From contig NC_134468.1 in the NCBI RefSeq assembly GCF_964194025.1, positions 37,138,001 to 37,202,000 on the forward strand: DNA of 64,000 nt, in the 5' to 3' direction. How positions within the stretch are numbered: the first letter of the stretch is position 1; every line of letters begins with the position of its first letter. Both the position numbers and the translations under genes were made by a program. The notes under the pieces were generated by a model. That model did no database searches. It worked only from the letters and a program-made list of their open reading frames with translations, and had not been told where the DNA came from. Below, in pieces: positions 26,801 through 38,800 of this stretch. The stretch comes from Convolutriloba macropyga (lineage: Eukaryota).

Positions 26801-29800
26801 GTGAACAATTGCTGAACGAAGCTGACTTCACTGAATATAAAGTTAGTATTCCTTTTACTATAGCCATATGAGATGTTGAATGAATGCTCTTCAATTATGA
26901 CGATAATTTAATAATTTATTTGTGACAAATTTGCAATGAATTTCTTGATTACTAACGATTCCGTCATTTGGCTTTTCAAATGAAGTTTCTCCTTTTGTGA
27001 TCAGCCCTGGTGTAATAATTAATAATTTTACCTTAGTTTCATCAATAAACACAATTTGTTGAAAAGTTTTCTGAAGTCTATTTTCCCGTATTTTAGGAGT
27101 TATTACAGATCACTTCCTGTTTTTAACCTGATGAAATGTGAAGTTCCTTTACTAATGTATCTTCAGCTGATGTACGGTGAGTGGGCCATACCTGACCAAA
27201 CATCGCTGTTGAAACCAAGAGACAACAAAGTGTTGGGCTATATAGTTCATCGGCTGTTTGAACTGGTGTACCCGCCCCCTCTTCCCCCATCCGCACCCGT
27301 CTTCCAGGAGTTTCCCATCAAGATCGCCATTGTTGGGAAGGCCTTTTCGGGCAAAAGCACAATCATACAGTCAATGTGCGATCGTAAGTATTTCCTTCAC
27401 TGCAATTGTTTAGTTTGCAGAATAGTTTAACCGATCTCAAATATATTACCGTGACAGTGTTAGATTTTCGCACATTCTCGTTCTAGGATTAATGCGGAGA
27501 ATCCATATTAGATTCTAGATTCAAAATTTTGCTTTTAATTCTCGATAAATAAATAAATAAATAAATAAATTATCACTCAAATTTATTTGGGCTCAGACAA
27601 ATGCTCCAAGTGCGCGACTCTCACTTAATGTGCAATTTCAGGAAAAAGTAATTGGGTTGATGAAACGAACAGGCGAAATATAGAAAAAGGTTTAAGATTC
27701 AGTTATTTGACATCCAGTAAAATTTTATCGATTCTTAGCTGTAGAATCAAATTTTACCTCAAATTGCCTTGATCTAGTATGCTGTTCTAAAAACTTCTTC
27801 AGAACTTGTAGAAGAACCGCGATAGCTAAGCTGAACAAAAGCTCAAACGTTCCTCAATTGCAGGTTATGGCTTCGCACATATCCTGGTTAGCAGACTGAT
27901 AACAGAATCAGTGGATGCGTACAAACTAGGAGAGGTAGAGACATTGCCTACTCCTCCCCCAACAGTGGAACAGCTGAGGGGTCTGTTGGAGACCGAAGAG
28001 ACAGAGAGGGCAAATAAGGTACGTCCATTTCATTAAACCTTATAGGGTGCTTATACTGTGAAATTTTAAAATTGCAACAACGGCTTGAACGTCAATTCTA
28101 TGTCGAATTTCTGGTCAGTAAAATTCAAAAAGCCAGCTGGTTTCAACGAATATAGATCCTCAGATCGGTGGCTTTCCTCAGGTTTAATGACTGAATTTAG
28201 TCAATATGTTTAGAAGAAAAAACTAAACATATTGACTAAATATGTTTTTGCTTCTAATAGGTAATTTTGTCTTTTTTTTAAAAAAAAATGTCAATTAAAA
28301 GAAAGTCGCTTCCCTAAACGGGTGGTCCAAGTCAACTCCTGTGTGTATACAAGTACCCATCAAAAGCGAACTTGAGCTAAACAAACAACGGAGTAATGAA
28401 AACGTACGTCTCTAAGACGTAATTTTGTTAACAGCATTGCTTTGTAGAAAGACCCTCTGTTGGACCAGATAGTGGGTCCATCTGGTGATGATCCACAGCA
28501 GGGTAGTCAGGAGATACCCCAATTGCCACAAGAGGCTGGTGGAGGAAACCTCACTGTTCAGGTAACATCTCAATTTCCAGCTTTACCCTTTATTAGGCTT
28601 CTTCTCCATTGTACTTATCTCAACAAATTATGTGATAAAACTAACCTTAATTTATTAGGAGCAGTATCCTGAATTCAGGATATACTCAAATCATGTTAAA
28701 ACTGCATTTTAAATACAAGAAAATTTGACTTGTTTCAGCTACGAGCATTAAAATTTGATCACAATTTACCCCCCTTTACAATTTTCTTTTTTTTTCCATC
28801 TCGAGTCCTTTTGAGTTTCCCTTGCGGGTCATTTAATTTAAGTTTAAATAGGTCTCAAACTGTGTTCAGGTAGGTGCTGGTGGCGACGGTACAAGCACCC
28901 TCATAAGCTGGGAGGCTAGAAAACCCCACCTATCCAGACGGGCCCAGTGTGGCAAAAGGATATTTGATGAACTGTGCAAGGGAAGAAATGTGCCAGATGA
29001 AGTCATCGCAGAGCTGGTTGTAGACGCAGTCAGGTTTGTTGGCGATTTTCGTCCACTGGCGACTAGTGCGTGGTTTTTTGTGAACTCTTATCTTTTCCAT
29101 GCGTTTATACCAATTTTGGATCTTACAAATGATATTGGTGAAGTGTGACTGTGTTTGCCAAATGATAAACTCAATATTCAACAACTAAATCATGGTAAGG
29201 AATATAACATGTTTAGGAATCATCAGTAATTCAAATTGATTTCTCAAAATTTTCAGTTCTGATTGTTTTACAATAAAGTGTTATAGACTAAAGTACCGCC
29301 ACAATAATTTCGATAATAACCTCTTGATCTTCAAAAATAGCAATGGCCTGGAACCGCAAATAGTTGATAGAAAAACAATTTCATTCTTTTTAAAAGAGTT
29401 GAATTCTAATAGCGTGAGGGTGAGGTTTAAGTCGCTAGATTATCTCCTCTCTCTTAAACGAAGTTTTTATCATCTGAATTCTCCTATTAAGAATTAGCCA
29501 ACTAATTCAATTCCTCCTTCAAAAAACAGATCGCGTTATTGGAAAGTAAGCTTCCTTGTGATGGGTGCTATTGAAAGATGTTTAGCAAGCTCCAGATGCT
29601 AGGGATCACGTCTCATAATTTTCCCAATCTTTTTGCTCGGTTTGTTAAACGAAGTTTTAGTTTGAAGAGTTTTCCCGATCTCTTGGAGCAGGAAGTTGTA
29701 GAGGGACTTCTTAAGCCTGGTTTTGATCCCGATTTTCTGTTTTGTTCTCAATTTATCTAACGCTATTATTTGATTTACTTTTTTTCCTAATCTTTTTTGA

Positions 29801-32800
29801 TGATCTTTTTTATTCGCTGTCATTTGTATGCCGACAAATGTTTCCTAGCAATGATCTAGCCGACCAGTGATCTAGCCAATGTTTCCAAGCTTTCGATTGG
29901 GGACGCTTTCATCAAGATAAAATCTATCGCGTGGATCAATTATGCTGGATGAAAGTAAACATGTTTTTAATAAATGATTAGACAATATTTTCTTGTTTTC
30001 CAGAGAAATAGCGTTAGCAAATTACTATGCTTATTTGCTTTAGGAGAACATTTTTTTCATTTTAACTGAAACTGTATTAACCGTCCACTCTCCCATTCAT
30101 AGTTCACATTGGTCACCAGAAAGTTCATAACTTTTCCTTAGATTCCGAAAAGTGTTTTAATTGTTCCGACCCCTCTTGAGGGGGGAGGAACTATGTACTC
30201 AAATGGGTTTTTTTGTTCAGTCAATTTTGGCCGATCGATATATTAATCGAAGAGAGTTAAGACTAGTATCATTAGAAAGCTTGTCCAGCGTAGAATATGG
30301 AATTAAAAAGATTTTTTTGATTTTCGTTTTTGACAGGGAGATATCGAGGTTTAAACTTTCGAGAGAGTGAATTCCGTTGATTTCATTAACCTTTTTTCGG
30401 AACTTTTAACTAAAATTTCGCCAATTTTGATAAAATAAAAAAAAATTGTTCAAGAAAATATTGTTGATTTTACGTTTAAAGACAAAATATATTGTCGGCT
30501 ATTTTCATTGAGTTTTTTTGTCACAAATTCCGGCTAAATATTTCACAAAATTCAGACTTTTTCATCAAAAACAGCAGGAAATAAATTTCTTTAGTCCACT
30601 CTGATTAAATTTGTTGGAAGTGCACACCCAAACACCACTAACACAATCTTTGTAGACTGAAAAGGGGGCTAATTCTTTTTCAACTTCCGTTGAAAAATTT
30701 TGCCGTTTTTTGCTAACTTCATTCGTTGATTATCAAAAACGCAGCCTTTACTTTTGATTTTTTAACAAACAAAATATCCATATCAATGACATTCCAAAAA
30801 TTAAACATTTCTAAAATTACAGCTGTTGTAGCAATTTTTCCTGCCTATGTATTCTAAAATTAAGGATAGTTTTTATTTTTTTTTGTTCTGTTTAGGTTGG
30901 TTCCACACAAACTGTTCCGAGAGTGGACTGCCATGTTCTTAAGTGAAGTCGCCATCTATCCTGACATCCAGGTAATCATCTCCGTCCATAGACACCTCAG
31001 TTTATTTCTAAATGTTGAATTTAGATCTGATGACTTTAACTAAGAGTGTTAATCGAGTAAGGTGATATCCTATCTTGCAAGATTAATTTCTTTTCCTCTG
31101 AGAGCTAACTTAGTGAGAATTATGCTAATGAAGTTTCGGTCCTCAGATGTGATTTGATGCCCCTCATGTTGACCACTTCATCTTAAAAGAATTTTCACAC
31201 GTCATAAATGTTTTAAATTTTTCAACCGACCTCACTTTCTGATATTTTTCAGGACAAGAATAAGGTAATATTTCTTGTAAATTTAAAACTAACGCTTCAC
31301 CTACAAAAAATGCTGTTTGGACATAATTTTGCCTTTTTCATTTATGTACTCTTCAACTAACAAAATACTTGACTGAAAAATTGACTCATTCGTAAAAAAT
31401 TTTTTTGGAGAATGTGATTTTGTCACTCACTTGCCGGGACTATCTGTTCAGCTTGATGCTTTGAATAATCCTTACTTGTGTTCTGGCAACTAATATTGGA
31501 ACTAGAACATTTGTTTCCAGGAAGAGACTGTCGAAGATTGGCTAGAGAAAGAGCGTGAACAATTGCTGAACGAAGCTGACTTCACTGAATATAAAGTTAG
31601 TATTCCTTTTACTATAGCCATATGAGATGTTGAATGAATGCTCTTCAATTATGACGATAATTTAATAATTTATTTGTGACAAATTTGCAATGAATTTCTT
31701 GATTACTAACGATTCCGTCATTTGGCTTTTCAAATGAAGTTTCTCCTTTTGTGATCAGCCCTGGTGTAATAATTAATAATTTTACCTTAGTTTCATCAAT
31801 AAACACAATTTGTTGAAAAGTTTTCTGAAGTCTATTTTCCCGTATTTTAGGAGTTATTACAGATCACTTCCTGTTTTTAACCTGATGAAATGTGAAGTTC
31901 CTTTACTAATGTATCTTCAGCTGATGTACGGTGAGTGGGCCATACCTGACCAAACATCGCTCTTGAAACCAAGAGACAACAAAGTGTTGGGCTATATAGT
32001 TCATCGGCTGTTTGAACTGGTGTACCCGCCCCCTCTTCCCCCATCCGCACCCGTCTTCCAGGAGTTTCCCATCAAGATCGCCATTGTTGGGAAGGCCTTT
32101 TCGGGCAAAAGCACAATCATACAGTCAATGTGCGATCGTAAGTATTTCCTTCACTGCAATTGTTTAGTTTGCAGAATAGTTTAACCGATCTCAAATATAT
32201 TACCGTGACAGTGTTAGATTTTCGCACATTCTCGTTCTAGGATTAATGCGGAGAATCCATATTAGATTCTAGATTCAAAATTTTGCTTTTAATTCTCGAT
32301 AAATAAATAAATAAATAAATAAATTATCACTCAAATTTATTTGGGCTCAGACAAATGCTCCAAGTGCGCGACTCTCACTTAATGTGCAATTTCAGGAAAA
32401 AGTAATTGGGTTGATGAAACGAACAGGCGAAATATAGAAAAAGGTTTAAGATTCAGTTATTTGACATCCAGTAAAATTTTATCGATTCTTAGCTGTAGAA
32501 TCAAATTTTACCTCAAATTGCCTTGATCTAGTATGCTGTTCTAAAAACTTCTTCAGAACTTGTAGAAGAACCGCGATAGCTAAGCTGAACAAAAGCTCAA
32601 ACGTTCCTCAATTGCAGGTTATGGCTTCGCACATATCCTGGTTAGCAGACTGATAACAGAATCAGTGGATGCGTACAAACTAGGAGAGGTAGAGACATTG
32701 CCTACTCCTCCCCCAACAGTGGAACAGCTGAGGGGTCTGTTGGAGACCGAAGAGACAGAGAGGGCAAATAAGGTACGTCCATTTCATTAAACCTTATAGG

Positions 32801-35800
32801 GTGCTTATACTGTGAAATTTTAAAATTGCAACAACGGCTTGAACGTCAATTCTATGTCGAATTTCTGGTCAGTAAAATTCAAAAAGCCAGCTGGTTTCAA
32901 CGAATATAGATCCTCAGATCGGTGGCTTTCCTCAGGTTTAATGACTGAATTTAGTCAATATGTTTAGAAGAAAAAACTAAACATATTGACTAAATATGTT
33001 TTTGCTTCTAATAGGTAATTTTGTCTTTTTTTTTAAAAAAATTGTCAATTAAAAGAAAGTCGCTTCCCTAAACGGGTGGTCCAAGTCAACTCCTGTGTGT
33101 ATACAAGTACCCATCAAAAGCGAACTTGAGCTAAACAAACAACGGAGTAATGAAAACGTACGTCTCTAAGACGTAATTTTGTTAACAGCATTGCTTTGTA
33201 GAAAGACCCTCTGTTGGACCAGATAGTGGGTCCATCTGGTGATGATCCACAGCAGGGTAGTCAGGAGATACCCCAATTGCCACAAGAGGCTGGTGGAGGA
33301 AACCTCACTGTTCAGGTAACATCTCAATTTCCAGCTTTACCCTTTATTAGGCTTCTTCTCCATTGTACTTATCTCAACAAATTATGTGATAAAACTAACC
33401 TTAATTTATTAGGAGCAGTATCCTGAATTCAGGATATACTCAAATCATGTTAAAACTGCATTTTAAATACAAGAAAATTTGACTTGTTTCAGCTACGAGC
33501 ATTAAAATTTGATCACAATTTACCCCCCTTTACAATTTTCTTTTTTTTTCCATCTCGAGTCCTTTTGAGTTTCCCTTGCGGGTCATTTAATTTAAGTTTA
33601 AATAGGTCTCAAACTGTGTTCAGGTAGGTGCTGGTGGCGACGGTACAAGCACCCTCATAAGCTGGGAGGCTAGAAAACCCCACCTATCCAGACGGGCCCA
33701 GTGTGGCAAAAGGATATTTGATGAACTGTGCAAGGGAAGAAATGTGCCAGATGAAGTCATCGCAGAGCTGGTTGTAGACGCAGTCAGGTTTGTTGGCGAT
33801 TTTCGTCCACTGGCGACTAGTGCGTGGTTTTTTGTGAACTCTTATCTTTTCCATGCGTTTATACCAATTTTGGATCTTACAAATGATATTGGTGAAGTGT
33901 GACTGTGTTTGCCAAATGATAAACTCAATATTCAACAACTAAATCATGGTAAGGAATATAACATGTTTAGGAATCATCAGTAATTCAAATTGATTTCTCA
34001 AAATTTTCAGTTCTGATTGTTTTACAATAAAGTGTTATAGACTAAAGTACCGCCACAATAATTTCGATAATAACCTCTTGATCTTCAAAAATAGCAATGG
34101 CCTGGAACCGCAAATAGTTGATAGAAAAACAATTTCATTCTTTTTAAGAGAGTTGAATTCTAATAGCGTGAGGGTGAGGTTTAAGTCGCTAGATTATCTC
34201 CTCTCTCTTAAACGAAGTTTTTATCATCTGAATTCTCCTATTAAGAATTAGCCAACTAATTCAATTCCTCCTTCAAAAAACAGATCGCGTTATTGGAAAG
34301 TAAGCTTCCTTGTGATGGGTGCTATTGAAAGATGTTTAGCAAGCTCCAGATGCTAGGGATCACGTCTCATAATTTTCCCAATCTTTTTGCTCGGTTTGTT
34401 AAACGAAGTTTTAGTTTGAAGAGTTTTCCCGATCTCTTGGAGCAGGAAGTTGTAGAGGGACTTCTTAAGCCTGGTTTTGATCCCGATTTTCTGTTTTGTT
34501 CTCAATTTATCTAACGCTATTATTTGATTTACTTTTTTTCCTAATCTTTTTTGATGATCTTTTTTATTCGCTGTCATTTGTATGCCGACAAATGTTTCCT
34601 AGCAATGATCTAGCCGACCAGTGATCTAGCCAATGTTTCCAAGCTTTCGATTGGGGACGCTTTCATCAAGATAAAATCTATCGCGTGGATCAATTATGCT
34701 GGATGAAAGTAAACATGTTTTTAATAAATGATTAGACAATATTTTCTTGTTTTCCAGAGAAATAGCGTTAGCAAATTACTATGCTTATTTGCTTTAGGAG
34801 AACATTTTTTTCATTTTAACTGAAACTGTATTAACCGTCCACTCTCCCATTCATAGTTCACATTGGTCACCAGAAAGTTCATAACTTTTCCTTAGATTCC
34901 GAAAAGTGTTTTAATTGTTCCGACCCCTCTTGAGGGGGGAGGAACTATGTACTCAAATGGGTTTTTTTGTTCAGTCAATTTTGGCCGATCGATATATTAA
35001 TCGAAGAGAGTTAAGACTAGTATCATTAGAAAGCTTGTCCAGCGTAGAATATGGAATTAAAAAGATTTTTTTGATTTTCGTTTTTGACAGGGAGATATCG
35101 AGGTTTAAACTTTCGAGAGAGTGAATTCCGTTGATTTCATTAACCTTTTTTCGGAACTTTTAACTAAAATTTCGCCAATTTTGATAAAATAAAAAAAAAT
35201 TGTTCAAGAAAATATTGTTGATTTTACGTTTAAAGACAAAATATATTGTCGGCTATTTTCATTGAGTTTTTTGTCACAAATTCCGGCTAAATATTTCACA
35301 AAATTCAGACTTTTTCATCAAAAACAGCAGGAAATAAATTTCTTTAGTCCACTCTGATTAAATTTGTTGGAAGTGCACACCCAAACACCACTAACACAAT
35401 CTTTGTAGACTGAAAAGGGGGCTAATTCTTTTTCAACTTCCGTTGAAAAATTTTGCCGTTTTTTGCTAACTTCATTCGTTGATTATCAAAAACGCAGCCT
35501 TTACTTTTGATTTTTTAACAAACAAAATATCCATATCAATGACATTCCAAAAATTAAACATTTCTAATAGGCAATCAACACTAGCAGTACTATTTCTGTG
35601 CCAATCTTGGACCGTTACAATCCAAAAAGAATTCGGATTGTCATCAGTCGGTTTTTTATAAAAAAAATTCGATTTATATTTTTTATATTAATTGAATAAC
35701 AGAACATTCCAAATCAAAACTCACTAGTGATAGGTCCTATTGGCTATCTAATTAGCTTGAAATTAATTTATCTAGTTGATTGCTTGAAAGCTTATGGTAG

Positions 35801-38800
35801 TTTTGACTTTTAAAATATTTGGTTTTTAAATAAAAATGGCTTATTAAAGTTTGCCTCCATTTTTCTCTTACTTTGGTCAACTTGTAGCTTAGTGTCAGCA
35901 ATCAAAGAGTGCTCCTTCTTTCTGCTGAATTCAAGTTAGTATTTATTGCGGTTTTACGCCTTAAGTTCTGGTGTTCTGGCTTTGATACTACTAGAGTTCA
36001 CAATTTCTTTTTTTAATTTTTAGGTATTTGCCCATTTTTCATGTTTTCTAGTTTTGTCAAATTATCACGTTTTTGTCAGTTCATATATCACATTTTTCGC
36101 GTTAAAAATAACGCACAATTGATAATATTTAAATCCTTAAAGATATAGATTGTGGTTCTTTACCGCTTCGACAGTACTTTCTCGAAGAATTTAATTGAAT
36201 TTTTTAATTGTCTTGTGGTTTTTACTTTGTCTTTTTAGTCGTATTTAATTTCCTGTGCACTGACCCGGTTTGATTGGCTTTTCCTGGAGGAGTAGATGAG
36301 CCGATGTTCTGATATTAGAAGATAGATAATGGCTTTCATGACTTTGAAAACAATTGTTTTCCAAAATGAAATAAAAAAAACATTTCAACTTCGCAACTTT
36401 GTTCCTTTTATTGTCTGTTTGTTACCTGGTCTCGTTAATTAAAGGTCAAAGATGACACTATTTTTGTAAAGGAAAGGTGTCAAAAGGGATTGCGGTCACA
36501 AAACTAATGTTTTTAAAGAATTCGTTATGACTTTACTGGCTTCGACACGGGTTTTTCACAAAAAAAAGTGAATTAATTTTCAATTTTTGTCATATTTGAC
36601 GTTCTTTTTGTAGACATTAGACTCATTCTGGATAATTGCAGGTCTCGAGGGCTTCCTTTGGAGGAATAAACGAACCTATTCAATATTTTCATTTTGTAAT
36701 TAAGGGCTTTCATGTCTTTGGAAATAAATTTTTTTCGATAAAAAAAGTTTTAAATAATCTTGCTTTTTTCTTTTTGGTCTAATTGTTACCTAGTTTCTTT
36801 AATGACAGGTCACATAATACATTTCAAGGGAAGATGTCAAAAGGTTTTGGTGTCACAAAATCTAATGTTTTAAGAGAATTCGTTATGACTTACTGGCTTC
36901 CACACGGGTTTTTCACAAAAAAAATAAATGAATTTTTGATTTTTGTCATATTTGACGTTCTTTTTGTAGACGTAAGACATATTCTGGATAATTGCAGGTC
37001 TGAGGGGCTTTCTTTGGAAGAGTGGTTGAACCTTTTCAAATTTTTCATATTGTAATTAAGGGCTTTTATGTCTTTGGAAATAAATTTTTTTCGAAAAAAA
37101 AACAAGTATTACATAATTTTGAATTTTTTTCTTTTTGTCTAATTGTTGCTTATTTTCTATAATGAGCGGCCACATAATACCCTTTTGGTTTTTGACAAAG
37201 GTGCAATTGAACATATTTTGGGGGCCAAAGTACATATTTTGGCTTTACGTCTTCCAAAGCATTTTCTAGCATGTTTTAATTGATTTTTAGTTTGTTGTCT
37301 ATTTGTTGTTGAATAATGAATACCAAGAGTTCTTAATTCCCTTCTAAAGAAGCATTGGTAATTGTAAACCATATGGGATATTTTAGTTGATTCCTAATGG
37401 TTTTCATTACTTTGAAATTAATTGTTTTTTTTTTTAAACTCGGCGAGTTTTCTAACTTTAAAGTTTCTGTTCTTTTTGTCTAATTGTTACCAAGCTTTAT
37501 TATGAACTGGTGAATAACCATTTTTTTCTGCTGAATTACAAGTTATTTTGTTTATTTTCAGTTTCATCTGACGCTATTTTGACTTTGTTATTAAGTTTTG
37601 TTTTTTAAAACGGACATAATTTTTTTTGATGTAATTAATGTTTGTTGTTGTTGTTTGATTTTGCCATTCGTCTTCGCTCGCTTTCTTAATATCGGCATAT
37701 CTCATCAATCTAATGCATCATTTTTTACTCCACTGAGTTATTTGCTTTGGAGGCTATCTTTTCGTTCATACACCAGTTTTTTTTTTGAAAAATACTTGAA
37801 TTTTTTGTGTTTTTCCATCTGTTCCTCATTTGTTAGACAATTATACCAAAATTGTGGGGTCGGAACCTTATGTGCGATCGCACATTACCGAGCCGCCTTG
37901 TTTAATTTAATTTTAAAGCAAATGTTTATTGCTAAAGTGCAGAACATACGGAACATTTCGGTTCTTTCGGTTTTGTTAAATTGAAGCCAGCAGAACATTA
38001 AAACTGGTTAGAAAAGTCCATTGGTTTTCAGTTCAATTTCGAATCAAGTCTAATTTGTAATTGCGCTCATAAATTATAAATGCTTGAACGGTTTTTGAAC
38101 ATTTGCTTTCAGTAGCTGTTCAGTTAGAAAATTTATAAAAGGCACATTCGAAAATTGGTTGAGCTATCTGGAACCAACTGTTGAACAGAGAACTGCGTCA
38201 GCTATTATAGGGCTCAATGTTAGAACATTACAAAGACCTGGGCATATATTTTTCAGAAAGTTTGTCATGGGATTATCACTTAAGTTTTGTTCTACTAAAA
38301 GCCAATCAGAAGCTTACTTATCTAAGGAGATCAATTCTAAGTGAAACAAAATTGTCAGTCAAATGCAATCTGGTCGAAACTTACATAATATCGATCTTGT
38401 TTTATAGATCAAATGTTTGGTACGCCAGAAAACCTGTCGTCAGGCAAATGGAAAGGCTTCAGAGAAAAAGTTTAAAATGGATACAATCAAAAAGTAATTT
38501 TATTGATAAAGAATACAATGATTGTCTTCGATCAGTAAATTTACTTCCGATCACGTATCCACTTGTTTTTTGAATCTCTTAGTTTTAAACAGATTTTTGA
38601 CAGGAAAAATTCTAAATCAGGCAGAGCAATTTTGGCAAATAACCAATGGACATCCGAAAACGCGATCAAACGAGAAAATATTTTTATACTCAAACGAATG
38701 TAATCGCCAGCGTTGCCGATGTAATTTTTTTCTACCTAGTTACAAACTTCAACAATTCGAAGTCACTGGCACGTGATTTCCCAACTATAACCCATATTCA

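Larger units (their letters stand above)
26061..35566 (+). repeat. Tandem segmental duplication, unit ~4753 bp, two copies
   Basis: Identical ORF sets offset by 4754; junction tttcta|aaattacagc at ~30813. Confidence 0.97.

Noticed and set aside
29578-29823. Lys-rich overlapping ORFs (also 34332-34577)
   Set aside because: No splice-compatible link to SPEF2 and no recognisable domain; probably a decayed repeat
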